From: an uncultured delta proteobacterium
GTDB lineage: Bacteria > Myxococcota_A > UBA9160 > UBA6930
Direction of reading: 5' to 3'
DNA: 64,000 nucleotides
NCBI GenBank assembly: GCA_963716275.1
Contig: CAVQTC010000011.1
Span: 24,901-88,900 of the forward strand
The position numbers and the translations under genes were made by a program. The notes under the pieces are model-generated. The model was not told the DNA's origin and did no database searches. It saw only the letters and a list, made by a program, of their open reading frames with translations. Positions 30,447 through 45,060 of this stretch are shown in pieces (the first letter of the stretch is position 1; each line of letters opens with the position of its first letter).

Positions 30447-31616
30447 ATGAACGTCCACGAGTATCAGGCCAAGGCGCTCTTCCGGCAGTTCGGCGTCGCC
30501 GTTCCCGACGGGGAGCTGGCGACCACCCCCGCCGAGGCGGAGGACGCCGCGAAGCGGATCGGCACGCCCGTGCTGGTGGTGAAGGCGCAGATCCACGCGG
30601 GCGGCCGCGGCAAAGGCGGCGGCGTGAAGCTCGCCAAGTCGCCCGCGGAGGCGAAGCAGCTCGCGAGCCAGATCCTCGGCATGACGCTGGTCACGCACCA
30701 GACCGGCCCCCAGGGCAAGCTCGTGCGCAAGGTCTACGTCGAGGCGGGCAGCGAGATCGCGCGCGAGCTCTATCTCGCGCTCACCCTCGACCGCGCGAGC
30801 GAGAGCTTCGCGATCATCGCCTCGACCGAGGGCGGCATGGACATCGAGGTGGTCGCCGAGAAGACCCCCGAGAAGATCCACACCGAGTTCATCGACCCGG
30901 TCGTCGGGCTGCAGCCCTATCAGACGCGCAAGCTCGCGCGCGCCCTCGCGCTGGACGCCGCCCAGGCCAAGAAGCTCGAGGTCTTCGTGACGGCGCTGTT
31001 TCGGCTCTACATCGAGAAGGACGCCTCGCTGGTCGAGATCAATCCGCTCGTGGTGACGCGCGCGGGCGAGCTCTACGCGCTCGACGGCAAGCTCAACTTC
31101 GACGACAACGCGCTCTACCGGCACCCCGAGATCGCGGCTCTGCGCGACCCCGAGGAGGAGGACCCGCGCGAGCGCGCGGCCAAGGAGATCGACCTCGCCT
31201 ACGTGGGCCTCGACGGCGATGTCGGCTGCATGGTGAACGGCGCAGGGCTCGCGATGGCCACGCTCGACGCGATCACGGTGAACGGCGGGCGCCCGGCGAA
31301 CTTCCTGGACGCCGGCGGCGGGGCGGACAAAGCGAAGGTCACGGAGGCCTTCAAGCTGATCCTGCGCGACGAGAACGTGCGCGCGATCCTGGTGAACATC
31401 TTTGGCGGGATCGTGCGCTGCGACCTGATCGCCGACGGCGTGGTCGCGGCGGCGCAGGAGCTCTCGGTGAAGGTGCCGCTGGTCGTGCGCCTGCAGGGCA
31501 CGAACGCCGAGCAGGGGCGCAAGATTCTCTCGGAGTCGGGCCTCGACATCACGCCGGCGGAGACGCTCGCGGAGGCCGCGGAGCGCGCGGTCGCAGCCGC
31601 GCGCGGGGGCCGCTAG
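30447..31616 (+). CDS. sucC: Succinyl-CoA synthetase beta subunit
   Basis: [50 protein letters not shown]. Confidence 0.96.
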   Translation: MNVHEYQAKALFRQFGVAVPDGELATTPAEAEDAAKRIGTPVLVVKAQIHAGGRGKGGGVKLAKSPAEAKQLASQILGMTLVTHQTGPQGKLVRKVYVEAGSEIARELYLALTLDRASESFAIIASTEGGMDIEVVAEKTPEKIHTEFIDPVVGLQPYQTRKLARALALDAAQAKKLEVFVTALFRLYIEKDASLVEINPLVVTRAGELYALDGKLNFDDNALYRHPEIAALRDPEEEDPRERAAKEIDLAYVGLDGDVGCMVNGAGLAMATLDAITVNGGRPANFLDAGGGADKAKVTEAFKLILRDENVRAILVNIFGGIVRCDLIADGVVAAAQELSVKVPLVVRLQGTNAEQGRKILSESGLDITPAETLAEAAERAVAAARGGR

Positions 31617-31618
31617 CC

Positions 31619-32494
31619 ATGGCGATCCTGGCGGGCAAGCACACGCGGCTGATCGTGCAGGGCATGGGCAAGATGGGGCAGTTCCACGCGAGACTCTCCA
31701 TCGAGTACGGCACCGCGGTGGTGGGCGGCGTCCACCCCGGCAAGGGCGGCACCGAGATCGACGGCATCCCCATCTTCGACACGGTGCTCGAGGCGAAGGA
31801 GCAGACCGGCGCCAACGCCTCCGTGGTGTTCGTGCCGCCGCCGGGCGCGGCGGACGCGATCCTCGAGGCGGTCGATGCCGATCTCGATCTGGTCGCCTGC
31901 ATCACCGAGGGCATCCCCGCCATCGACATGGCGCGCGCCAAGCGCGCGATGCGCGGCAAGCGCACGCGCCTGGTCGGCCCGAACTGCCCGGGCGTGGTCG
32001 TCCCGCAGCAGTGCCGCATCGGCATCATGCCCGCGCAGATCACGCGGCCGGGTCCCGTGGGTGTGATCTCCCGCTCGGGCACGCTGACCTACGAGGCGGT
32101 CGATCAGCTCTCGCGGCTCGGCATCGGCCAGAGCACGTGCGTCGGAATCGGCGGCGATCCGGTGATCGGCACGAACTTCGTCGACGCGCTGGCACTCTTC
32201 GAGGCCGACCGCGACACGCGTGCGGTGGTGATGATCGGCGAGATCGGCGGCTCCGCCGAGGAGACCGCGGCCGCCTTCATCCAGGCGAACATGAAGAAGC
32301 CGGTCGCCGCCTTCATCGCCGGCCAGAACGCGCCGGCCGGCAAGCGCATGGGTCACGCCGGCGCGATCATCGCCGGTGGCAAGGGCCGCGCGAGCGACAA
32401 GATCGAGGCGCTGCGCGCCGCCGGCGTCGCGGTCTCCCTCTCGCCCGCCACGATCGGCGAGACGCTCGCGAAGCACGCCTCGGCGGTCCTCTAG
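31619..32494 (+). CDS. sucD: Succinyl-CoA synthetase alpha subunit
   Basis: [36 protein letters not shown]. Confidence 0.96.
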   Translation: MAILAGKHTRLIVQGMGKMGQFHARLSIEYGTAVVGGVHPGKGGTEIDGIPIFDTVLEAKEQTGANASVVFVPPPGAADAILEAVDADLDLVACITEGIPAIDMARAKRAMRGKRTRLVGPNCPGVVVPQQCRIGIMPAQITRPGPVGVISRSGTLTYEAVDQLSRLGIGQSTCVGIGGDPVIGTNFVDALALFEADRDTRAVVMIGEIGGSAEETAAAFIQANMKKPVAAFIAGQNAPAGKRMGHAGAIIAGGKGRASDKIEALRAAGVAVSLSPATIGETLAKHASAVL

Positions 32495-32506
32495 AAACGC
32501 AGCGTA

Positions 32507-32577
32507 GGGGACGTTCCTACTTGTTCACGGAGCTACGGTGCCGACCTCCGCAGTCGTGAACAAGTTGGAACGTCCCC
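32507..32577. repeat. GGGGACG-family palindromic element E3 (23-bp inverted repeats, 25-nt spacer)
   Basis: ggggacgttcctacttgttcacg (32507-32529) versus 32555-32577, 1 mismatch; GTAG at 32504-32507. Confidence 0.9.
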
Positions 32578-32584
32578 GTTCACC

Positions 32585-33856
32585 GTGAGGCCACGAATCG
32601 ACCGGGGGCGTACCGGAGGCACGCCGACCGGGGTCGCCATCCTGTCCACCACCGCGCTCGCCGTGATCACCGGGTTCCTGGTGATCGTGTCCAGCGCCGC
32701 GTGGGCGACCGTGCGCTGGGGATCCTGGCGGCTGCTGGGCATGGGGGTCATCGGCCTGGCGGCGAGCACGTGGCTCGCGATCTGGCTGTACAGCAAACGC
32801 CCGACTCCGGGGCCCGCGCCCTGCGTCCTCCCCACGGCGCCGGGCGAGCTCGGCTCGATCTGCGGCTTCAAGAACCCAGAGGATCTCGACTACGTCCGGT
32901 CGCAAGCCCGCGTCCTCGTGTCCGAGGAGGGCTTCGGCGGTCGTGTGTTGAGTCTCGACCTCCGAAACCTGGCGGCGGGCCCGCGCGTGCTCTGGCCACC
33001 GACACCCGACGAGCTCGCGCGCATGGCGGCTCGAGGCGGCGACCTCGGCGACGCCGACTGCCCGTTCCCTTCGGATCCCGCCGCGCTTTGGCCGCACGGC
33101 CTCTCGGTTCTCGAGCCTCGCGAGCCCGGCACCCCCGCGCGCGTCGCGCTCGTCTCGCACCGACTCGCGGCCGGGCGAGTCACGGACGCAGTCCAGCTCT
33201 TCGACCTGACCCAGGACGACGTGCTGCGGCTGCGTTGGCGCGGCTGTATCGCATACCCCGACGACGTCCTGGGCAACGACCTCGCCTACCTGCAGGATGG
33301 GTCGCTCGTCGCGACGAACTTCGCCCCGAACGGCACGCTCGACGAGGTTCGGAGCTCCGTCCTTCGCGGCGGCCTCGGATTCGACACAGGCGACATCCTG
33401 CGGTGGTCCGGGGCGGGCGGCTGGTCGCACCTTCCGGACACGCGAGGGGCGATCCCCAACGGCATCGCGCTGGCGCGGGACGAGCGGGAGCTCTACTTCG
33501 CCGACGCGGGGAACGAGCAGATCGCAATCGTGCCGCTCACGGCCGCTGGCGGCGAGATCTCCCGGGTGCGCGTGGGCGGGGCGCCCAACAACTTGACAGT
33601 CACCTCTTCCGGCAAGGTGCTCGCGACGGGCGCAACGTGGAGTGGAGACCTCCCGTTCCTTTGCAGCATCGGCGGCCGGCAGTGCCGCTCGGGCTGGGCG
33701 GTGTGGGAGATCGATCCCGAGCAGCGAACGGCGGTCGAGGTCGTGGCGAACGACGGCCGGCGCATCGCCAGCGCGACGACCGCGCTCGAGGTCGAAGGCA
33801 CGCTCTACCTCGGGTCCATGGCGGACGATCGCGTCGGGGTCTATCGGAAGCCGTGA
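32585..33856 (+). CDS. Membrane-anchored beta-propeller lactonase/arylesterase (paraoxonase/SMP-30-like); start uncertain
   Basis: Two N-terminal TM segments; NPEDL, PHGL, GNDL, PNGIAL...LYFAD, PNNL, LYLGS blades. Confidence 0.7.
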   Translation: MRPRIDRGRTGGTPTGVAILSTTALAVITGFLVIVSSAAWATVRWGSWRLLGMGVIGLAASTWLAIWLYSKRPTPGPAPCVLPTAPGELGSICGFKNPEDLDYVRSQARVLVSEEGFGGRVLSLDLRNLAAGPRVLWPPTPDELARMAARGGDLGDADCPFPSDPAALWPHGLSVLEPREPGTPARVALVSHRLAAGRVTDAVQLFDLTQDDVLRLRWRGCIAYPDDVLGNDLAYLQDGSLVATNFAPNGTLDEVRSSVLRGGLGFDTGDILRWSGAGGWSHLPDTRGAIPNGIALARDERELYFADAGNEQIAIVPLTAAGGEISRVRVGGAPNNLTVTSSGKVLATGATWSGDLPFLCSIGGRQCRSGWAVWEIDPEQRTAVEVVANDGRRIASATTALEVEGTLYLGSMADDRVGVYRKP

Positions 33857-33861
33857 TGGCG

Positions 33862-34887
<1,026 letters not shown>

Positions 34888-34888
<1 letters not shown>

Positions 34889-36729
34889 TAGGCCTTTCCC
34901 CCTGACAGCATCTGATCGATGCGCGAGCGCACTTCGGAGACCTTGAACGGCAGGCCCATCACCTTCGCGAGGCTCTGGGCGGGCACCAGGTACTCGGCGC
35001 GCAGCAGCCGCCAGAGCTGACCGCCGTTGAGCTCGCACACGAGCACCTGCTCGAAGCGCCGCAGCACGTCGCCGAGATTCGCCGGGAACGGGTTCATGTG
35101 GCGCAGGTGGATGCTGGAGACGTCGCGCCCCGCGGCGCGCGCCTCGTCCACGGCCGAGGTGATCGCGCCGTAGGTGCCGCCCCAGCCCACCACCAGGAGC
35201 TTGCCGCGATCGCTGCCGTTCACCTCGAGCGGGGGCAGGTCGTTCGCGATGCGCGCGACCTTCTCCCTGCGCAGCTCCGTCATGCGGCCGTGGTTCTGGG
35301 GCGTGTAGGAGACGTTGCCGGAGCCGTCTTCCTTCTCGAGACCGCCGATGCGGTGCTCGAGGCCCGGCGTGCCAGGGATGGCCCAGGGTCGAGCCAGCGT
35401 CTCCGGATCGCGCGCGTAGGGCTGGAACCCCGCCGGATCCGTGCGATGCCGCACGCGCGCGCGCGGCAGCGTCGTCACGTCGGGGATCAGCCAGGGCTCC
35501 GAGCTGTTCGCGACGTAGCCGTCCGACAGCATGATCACCGGCGTCATGTACTTGACCGCCATCTGGGCGGCCTCGATCACGGTGTGGAAGCAGTCGCTCG
35601 GCGTGGCCGCCGCGATGATGGGCACGGGGCTCTCGGAGTTGCGCCCGTACATCGCCGCGAGCAGATCGGCCTGCTCGGTCTTGGTGGGCAGCCCGGTCGA
35701 GGGGCCGGCGCGCTGGATGTCGATGATCAGCACCGGCAGCTCGGTCATCACGGCGAGACCGATCGCCTCTTGCTTCAGGATGAAGCCCGGGCCGCTCGTC
35801 GTGCACACGCCCAGGTGGCCGGCGTAGGCGGCGCCGATCGCCACGCTCGCGGCCGCGATCTCGTCCTCGGCCTGGAAGGTGCGCAGGCCGAAGTGGCGGT
35901 AGTTCGAGAGCTCGTGCAGCACGTCGCTCGCGGGCGTGATCGGATAGGCGCCCAGGAAGACCGGCTTCTCGAGCGAGAGCCCCGCCGCGATGATTCCGTA
36001 GGCGAGGGCCGTGTTGCCGGTGATGTTGCGGTAGGTGCCGGGCTGGATCTTCGCCCGGGGCACCACGAAGGAGACCGGGAAGAGCTCGGTCGTCTCGCCG
36101 AAGTGGACGCCCGCCTTCAGCGCGCGAATGTTCGCCTCGAGGATCTCGCCCTTGAAGCGCCCCTCGAGCCAGCGCAGCGTGGGCTCGACGGGCCGGTTGT
36201 AGAGCCAGTAGACCAGGCCCAGGCCGAAGAAGTTCTTGCTGCGCTCGGCCTCGCGCGTGCCGAGCTTCAGGTCCTTCAGCGCCTCGTGGGTGAGCTTGCT
36301 GAACGGCACCTCCACCACGCGGAAGCGCTCGCGCAGCGCGGGCATCGGATCCTCGCCGTAGCCGGCGCGCTCGATGTTCTTCGCGACGAAGGCGTCGCTG
36401 TTGAGCAGCACCATGCCGCCGGCGCGCAGGTCGTCGATGTTCGCGCGCAGCGCCGCGGGGTTGAGCGCCACCAGCACGTCGGGCTGGTCGGCGGGCGTGC
36501 GGATCTCGGACGACGAGAAGTGGATCTGGAAGCCCGACACACCGGCCAGCGAGCCCGCGGGCGCGCGAATCTCGGCCGGGAAGTCCGGGAAGGTCGAGAG
36601 ATCGTTGCCGGCGAGGGCCGTCGCCTCGGTGAACTTCGTCCCGGTCAGCTGGATGCCGTCTCCCGAATCTCCTGCAAAGCGAACCGCGATGCGCTCGATC
36701 TCCTCCACCGGTTTCTTCTGCTCGGCCAC
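34888..36729 (-). CDS. korA: 2-oxoacid:acceptor oxidoreductase alpha subunit
   Basis: FAGDSGDG, FPAEIRAPAG, YPITPAS, AEDEIAA, TSGPG, QRAGPSTGLPTK. Confidence 0.93.
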
Positions 36730-37027
36730 GGTTGCCCTGCTCCTTCGCGCTGACGACCTCGCGGCCGCCCCGCGCTTCCTGGCGGGGCCGGTCGGGCGCT
36801 GCCTCCCGCCGGGCAGCGCGTCGGTCGCGGAAGGCAGAGTGTATGCGGGACTCGCGCACGCGCCCGCCCCAGTGGGCTGAATTCTGACCCCGGCTGCCCC
36901 ACCCGCGGGAGGGGCGCTGCGGCCCGAATCGCGACCCCCGCGGAAATGCCCGGGAATCAGCGACTTCCCGGCTTGCCTGCCGCCCGCCGACTCAAGTCTG
37001 CCGGTTCGTGAGCCGATCCGAGAAGGC

Positions 37028-37825
37028 ATGTACTTCCTGCGCCGGAAGGCTCCGGTCGAGTTCTCGGCCGAGCGCGTCCATTCGGTGCGCGTGTCGCTGA
37101 ACGCGCCCGTGCTCGCAGCGCACGACCTGCCCGCCGGCCCCGCACGCGCGGCGATCCTGGTCCAGGGCGACGCGCGAGGCGGCTGGATCGTGACGGTCGG
37201 CGTGCGCTCGAACCGGACCGGCGAAGTCGCCTACTGGGCCTACGACGGCTCGCTCACCACCGACACGGACGTGAGCGTCGCCTTCGACGCCGCGGTCACC
37301 TTCTCCGAGGCGCTGGGCTTCCTGTTCGACGACGACGAGCTTCCGCACGGGGCGGCCGCTGCGAAGCGCTGGGCGGACTGGCTCTCGGGAGACCGCCGCT
37401 CGCTCGGCCTCGCCCGCGATGCGGAGCCTGCGACCCAGGAGCTGATGCTGGAGGAGCTGGTCGACGAGGACACCCAGCTGGCGACGCCCCCGTCCGGTGC
37501 GCGGAGCAACGACGGCTTCGAGTGGGAAGCGCAGCCCGACCTGCTCGAAAACACAGCGCCGCGCCGCGAGCCGGGGCGCACCCTGGCGGGCGAGCGCCGG
37601 CCGGGAGCCCATGCGGGTCAAACGCGGGAGCGCTCCCCGGAGCCCGCAGAGGCGCCCCTCGGCCTCACCAAGTTCCGTGCGCGCCCGCCCCTGGGCGGGG
37701 CCGAGGAGGCCGCCGCCGGCTCCCAGCGGGTGCGGCAGCCCCTCGCTCGGGTTCAGCTCGTGAAACGCCGATCTCCAGAGGAGGAGCGTCGGCTCTTGCT
37801 GCGCAAGCTCCTCACCTCGTTCTGA
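37028..37825 (+). CDS. Hypothetical protein upstream of the pilotin gene
   Basis: Coding-like ORF; folded N-terminal part ending FSEALGFLFDDD, then a low-complexity tail. Confidence 0.6.
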   Translation: MYFLRRKAPVEFSAERVHSVRVSLNAPVLAAHDLPAGPARAAILVQGDARGGWIVTVGVRSNRTGEVAYWAYDGSLTTDTDVSVAFDAAVTFSEALGFLFDDDELPHGAAAAKRWADWLSGDRRSLGLARDAEPATQELMLEELVDEDTQLATPPSGARSNDGFEWEAQPDLLENTAPRREPGRTLAGERRPGAHAGQTRERSPEPAEAPLGLTKFRARPPLGGAEEAAAGSQRVRQPLARVQLVKRRSPEEERRLLLRKLLTSF

Positions 37826-37849
37826 CGGATCCGAAACTCGGGAGACACC

Positions 37850-38641
37850 ATGGCCTCGCTGCGTTTGCTCGCGCCCCTCACGCTCGCCGCCGGGATCGCG
37901 GCGCTCGGCTGCGCCACCGCGCCGGCCAAGCCCGCGCTGCCGAAGGTCTCGGAGGCCGCCGTCCGCCAGGCTCGCTCGCACCAGAGCCTGGGCAGCAACT
38001 ACCTGAAGGACGGCCGCTACGCCCTCGCGATCCGCGAGCTGCGCGCGGCGGCCGCGCTCAATCCGAATGATAAGTGGGTCCACCTGGCGCTTGGCGAGGC
38101 CTACCGCCTGAAGGGCATGTTCGCCGAGGCGGAGAAAGAGGTCCTCCACGGCCTGGAGCTCGACCCCGAATTCCAGGAAGGGCAGCTCACGCTCTCCGGT
38201 CTCTACATCCAGATGGAGCGCTATCCCGACGCCATCACGCGCGCGCAGAAGCTGATCGACGACCCGACCTATCCGGACGTCTGGGCGGCGCTCACCAACA
38301 AAGGCTTCGCCCAGCTCCAGCTCGGTCTACTCGGCGACGCGCGTCACTCTCTCGAGCTCGCCGCCGAGTTCAACGACAACTACTGGCGGGCGCACCTCAA
38401 CCTCGGCATTCTGGCCGCGCAGCAGGGGGAGCGCGAAGAGGCGCTCGGGCACTTCGCGAAGGTGATCAAGCTCGGCGCAGGGACGCCGGCCGAAGCCGAG
38501 GCGAACTACCGTGTCGCCGAGATCTTCGTGTCCATGGGAGATCGCACGCAGGCGATGCGGCATCTCGTCGCCGCCACCGAGAGCAATCCGGACGGAACAT
38601 GGGGAAAGCTATCGGCGGACTACCTGAAGCGCCTGCAGTAG
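37850..38641 (+). CDS. TPR lipoprotein, Tgl/PilF(PilW)-like type IV pilus pilotin
   Basis: Lipobox AALG-C, about six TPRs, DPTY motif; followed by a RodZ-like HTH gene. Confidence 0.75.
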   Translation: MASLRLLAPLTLAAGIAALGCATAPAKPALPKVSEAAVRQARSHQSLGSNYLKDGRYALAIRELRAAAALNPNDKWVHLALGEAYRLKGMFAEAEKEVLHGLELDPEFQEGQLTLSGLYIQMERYPDAITRAQKLIDDPTYPDVWAALTNKGFAQLQLGLLGDARHSLELAAEFNDNYWRAHLNLGILAAQQGEREEALGHFAKVIKLGAGTPAEAEANYRVAEIFVSMGDRTQAMRHLVAATESNPDGTWGKLSADYLKRLQ

Positions 38642-39192
38642 GCCCTGCGGCGGAGCTGGTCGGCCGCTACCTCTCTCGCCAGCGGCGGCTGCGCGGCATC
38701 TCGCTGGCCGATCTGTCCGCGCAGACCCGCATCCCCATGCGCTCGCTCGAGCGCCTCGAGTCGGGGGCCTTCGACCACACGCCGGACGGCTTCTCGCGCG
38801 GCTTCGTGCGCACGGTGGCCGTGGCGATCGGGCTCGACGCCGACGAGGCCGTCGCCCGCATGCTGCGCGAGCCCACGCCGCGCGCCCGCCCGCTCTGGCC
38901 GCGCGCGGGCCGCCTCGCGCTCGCGATGTCTGCGCTCGCGGGGGTCGCGCTGCTCGGCCTCGCCGTTCACGAGCTCACCACGCGCGCGCCCGCGCCGCCG
39001 GGCAGCGCGCCGCAGCTCCCCATGCGGACCGACTACGTCCGCAAGCTCGCCAGCGAGCGCGGCCTCTGGCACGCGTCCGCCGATGCAGCCGACTCCGCGC
39101 TCCCGCCGGTTCCCGCCGAGCCGCCGAGCGAGGCGCCGACGGAGTCCGCGCCCGCGGCGCCGCCGCCCGCGCCGCTCGCGAGCCCGCTCTAA
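38599..39192 (+). CDS. RodZ-like HTH membrane protein (start uncertain)
   Basis: GRYLSRQRRLRGISL.DLS.QTRI...LE.G...RGFVR..A..IGLD, then a TM helix. Confidence 0.75.
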   Translation: MGKAIGGLPEAPAVGPAAELVGRYLSRQRRLRGISLADLSAQTRIPMRSLERLESGAFDHTPDGFSRGFVRTVAVAIGLDADEAVARMLREPTPRARPLWPRAGRLALAMSALAGVALLGLAVHELTTRAPAPPGSAPQLPMRTDYVRKLASERGLWHASADAADSALPPVPAEPPSEAPTESAPAAPPPAPLASPL

Positions 39193-39201
39193 GCTCCCCG
39201 G

Positions 39202-40014
39202 ATGGGGCAGCTCCAGACGGAGGCCCTGCTGCTGCGGGCCGTCGACACGGGCGAGTCGGACCGGATCGTCCACCTGCTGACGCCCGAGACGGGGCGCATC
39301 GCCGTGATCGCGAAGGGCGCGCGGCGCAGCACCAAGCGTTTCCCCGGCACGCTCGACTTCTTCAACGAGCTGCGCGTCCAGATCGAGCGCAAGCGCGGCA
39401 CGGGGCTCGCGCTGCTCGCGCACGCGCGCCTGATCCGCACCTTCCACGGGCTGCGCGAGGACACCAACCGATTTGCGCTCGCCTGCTACCTGCTCGAGCT
39501 GCTCGAGCGCCTCGCGCCCGAGTCCGGGCGCCGCGGCGACCTGGCCGCGCTGTACCGGGTCGCCGTCGAGTCGCTCGAGGCGATCGACGCGCTGCCTGCC
39601 CAGGCGCGGCTGCGCGTGCTGCTCGAGCTGCGGACGCTTTCGGCGGTGGGCCTGCGGCCGGAGCTCGCGCGCTGCGTGCGCTGCGGCAAGCCCCTCGCGA
39701 GCGCGCGCGTCGACTTCTCGGTGGCGGAGGGCGGGCCGCTCTGCGAGGCGTGCCGGCAGCCCGGCGACGACGCGATTCCCGTTCACCTGGGCACGCTGCG
39801 CGCGCTCGAGCGCAGCCTCGGCTTCGCCCCGGCGCACTGGGGCCGGCTGGGTCTCGACGCCGGGGCGCTGCGCGAGGCGCAGCAGATCCTGGGGCGCTTC
39901 CTGCGCTTCCACGTGGGGGCGGCGCTGCGCAGCGAGGCCTTCCTGGCCGAGCGATTGACACCCCGGGAGGCCGACGAGAAACTGCGCGGGCTCCGGGTTC
40001 CGAGACCCGCGTAG
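39202..40014 (+). CDS. recO: DNA repair protein RecO
   Basis: GESDRIV.LLT...G...IAKGARRS; Zn-finger CVRC...CEAC. Confidence 0.92.
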   Translation: MGQLQTEALLLRAVDTGESDRIVHLLTPETGRIAVIAKGARRSTKRFPGTLDFFNELRVQIERKRGTGLALLAHARLIRTFHGLREDTNRFALACYLLELLERLAPESGRRGDLAALYRVAVESLEAIDALPAQARLRVLLELRTLSAVGLRPELARCVRCGKPLASARVDFSVAEGGPLCEACRQPGDDAIPVHLGTLRALERSLGFAPAHWGRLGLDAGALREAQQILGRFLRFHVGAALRSEAFLAERLTPREADEKLRGLRVPRPA

Positions 40015-40024
40015 GAGCCCGACG

Positions 40025-41362
40025 ATGTCCGGCGACGCGCCCGAACGTTCCGCCCTCCGCATGGAGGATCTGGTCTCGCTGTGCGCGCGCCGCGGCTTCA
40101 TCTTCCAGAGCGGCGAGATCTACGGCGGCATCAACGGCTTCTGGGACTACGGGCCGCTCGGCGTCGAGCTGAAGAACAACCTGAAGGCGCTCTGGTGGCA
40201 GCGCAGCGTGCGCGAGCGCGACGACGTCGAGGGCCTCGACAGCGCGATCATCACGCACCCGCGCACCTGGGAGGCCTCGGGTCACGTCGCCAACTTCAGC
40301 GACCCGATGGTCGACTGCCGCTCCTGCAAGAAACGCTTCCGCGCCGATCAGCTGGACGGCGCGCCGCCCTGCGAGGCGCGCCCGGACGGCAAGCACGATC
40401 TCACGCCGCCGCGCGCCTTCAACCTGATGCTGCGCACGCACGTGGGCGCCTCGGAGGAGGCGGGCGCGATCGCCTATCTGCGCGCCGAGACCTGCGGCTC
40501 GATCTTCACGGACTTCCGCCGCGTGCGGGAGGCCGGGCGCCAGAAGATCCCGTTCGGCATCGCCCAGATCGGCAAGGCCTTCCGCAACGAGATCAACCCG
40601 CGCAACTTCACCTTCCGCTCGCGCGAGTTCGAGCAGGCGGAGCTCGAGTTCTTCTGCCATCCGCGCGAGAGCGCCCAGTGGTTCGAGCACTGGCGCGACG
40701 CGCGCCTGCGCTTCCACCGCGAGCTCGGCTTCGGCGCTGCGGTGCTGCGCACGCGGCCCCACGAGAAGACGGAGCTCGCGCACTATGCGGCCGCCGCGCT
40801 CGACATCGAGTTCCTGTTCCCGTTCGGCTGGCAGGAGATCGAGGGCGTGCACGATCGCGGCGCCTACGACCTGACGCAGCACGGCGAGTTCTCGGGCAAG
40901 GATCTCTCGGTCGTGATCGAGGAGACCAAGGAGCGCTTCACGCCGGCCGTGGTCGAGACCTCGATGGGCGTCGACCGCACGGCGCTCGCGTTGCTGCTCA
41001 ACGCCTATCGCGAGGAGGCGCTGCCCGAGGGCGAGACGCGCCTCGTGCTCGGGCTCGCCCCGGCGGTGGCGCCGATCAAGGTGGCGGTGCTGCCGCTCTC
41101 GAAGAAGCTCGCGGAGCCGACGCTGCGCATCGCCGCGGAGCTGCGCAAGCGCTGGAACGTCTTCCACGACGAGGCCGGCAACATCGGCCGCCGCTACCGG
41201 CGCCAGGACGAGGCGGGCACGCCCTTCTGCGTCACCTACGACTTCGACTCGGAGACGGACGGCAGGGTCACGGTCCGCGAGCGGGACAGCATGCGCCAGG
41301 ATCGCATCGCGCTCGCGGCGCTGCGCGAGTACCTGGACGAGCGGCTCGAGGGATGGCGGTGA
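40025..41362 (+). CDS. glyQS: Glycine-tRNA ligase, alpha2 (eukaryote/archaea-like) type
   Basis: RRGFIFQS.EIYGG..GFWDYGPLG, AQIGKAFRNEI.PRNF.FR.REFEQ, IGRRYRRQDEAGTP. Confidence 0.93.
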   Translation: MSGDAPERSALRMEDLVSLCARRGFIFQSGEIYGGINGFWDYGPLGVELKNNLKALWWQRSVRERDDVEGLDSAIITHPRTWEASGHVANFSDPMVDCRSCKKRFRADQLDGAPPCEARPDGKHDLTPPRAFNLMLRTHVGASEEAGAIAYLRAETCGSIFTDFRRVREAGRQKIPFGIAQIGKAFRNEINPRNFTFRSREFEQAELEFFCHPRESAQWFEHWRDARLRFHRELGFGAAVLRTRPHEKTELAHYAAAALDIEFLFPFGWQEIEGVHDRGAYDLTQHGEFSGKDLSVVIEETKERFTPAVVETSMGVDRTALALLLNAYREEALPEGETRLVLGLAPAVAPIKVAVLPLSKKLAEPTLRIAAELRKRWNVFHDEAGNIGRRYRRQDEAGTPFCVTYDFDSETDGRVTVRERDSMRQDRIALAALREYLDERLEGWR

Positions 41363-41377
41363 CGACGGAAACGCGGA

Positions 41378-41418
41378 GCGGCTCAGCGGCGAGGCGCAGC
41401 CTCGTCCGCTGCAGCCGC
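41378..41418. other. Intergenic stable hairpin between glyQS and ppdK
   Basis: gcggct-cagcgg-cgaggc-gca-gcctcg-t-ccgctg-c-agccgc (18 bp, two bulges). Confidence 0.5.
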
Positions 41419-41533
41419 CTTGCGGCGAGCTCGCACGCGATCGGGCTCGGACCGCGGAGCCTGAGGCGTTGTCCGGCAACGTCGCGACGCAAGCGAACCA
41501 CCCGACGCGGAAGCATCGGCGAATGCGCGGCAC

Positions 41534-44217
<2,684 letters not shown>

Positions 44218-44221
<4 letters not shown>

Positions 44222-44760
44222 GCCGAGCGCGAGTTCGAATCACGGCGCGGCGGGGCCTCGGACTGGGGCTCGCCCTGGCCCTTGGGCTGGCCTCGGGCTG
44301 CAGCTGGATGCGCGGTCCGAGCGGCTGGTTCGAGGGCAGCACCCCGGCCCCCCTCCCCCCCGACCTGAGCCAGGGCCTGACCGACGTCTCCTCGGGCGAG
44401 GTGGGCGCCTTCTTCGAGCACGCGAGCGGCTTCTACTCGCGCCTCCCGCTACGGCGCTTCAACGACCGCACGACGTTCCTCGACCCCAAGCTGGGCGCGT
44501 ACTTCCGGACCGACTCTGCGTATGCCGATTACTACGCGAACCTGACCGGTGCGCTGCGCATCGCGCACTTCAAACGCCTGCGCCCCACGTCCGTGGAGAT
44601 CCTCGAGGTGCGCATGGAGGGGCCTGGCCAGGCCGTCGTCTCGCTGCGGCTGCTCGGCGACAACAGTCGGCCACTGCGCTGGAACGACGTGGAGCTTCTG
44701 CGCGACGACCGCTGGGAGCGCGTCGGCGAGCGCTGGTGGATCGTCCCCGGCCCGATCTAA
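44218..44760 (+). CDS. Hypothetical lipoprotein
   Basis: ATGA overlap with ppdK; lipobox LALASG-C. Confidence 0.65.
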
Positions 44761-44976
44761 CCGCTCCGTCGCCTTGGGCTTTTCGCCGGTCTGCCGGCCG
44801 GCACCCGCAGCCGCGCTCGCGGGCCCGCTCGGCGCAGGGTGGGGTGATCCACTCCCGTGTCGCGGAAAGGGACTACCCACTCGCATTTTGCTGCGCAGGG
44901 AACCGACGTTCCGCGATGGCCACAAACTCCACGATTCTGCAAGCAATTCGCCATGGGTTCGGCGTAGAGTATTTGC

Positions 44977-44993
44977 CTGGCATGGCAGTTGCT
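44977..44993 (+). promoter_or_regulatory. Sigma54 (-24/-12) promoter upstream of the ECF sigma genes
   Basis: C-TGGCAT-GGCAG-TTGCT matches TGGCAY-N5-TTGCW within an AT-richer intergenic region. Confidence 0.7.
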
Positions 44994-45060
44994 CCCGTCC
45001 TGCCAACGTGATCTCGCGCACACCCCCGAGAGGCCAGATTCGCCAGGGAGCCCCCCAAAG

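Noticed and set aside
39955-39983. TTGACA-N17-GAAACT inside the recO 3' end as a glyQS promoter
   Set aside because: The -10 box is poor and there is no independent support
44838-44880. Possible riboswitch upstream of the ECF genes
   Set aside because: Only a weak hairpin, no recognisable aptamer consensus, and it lies upstream of the sigma54 promoter
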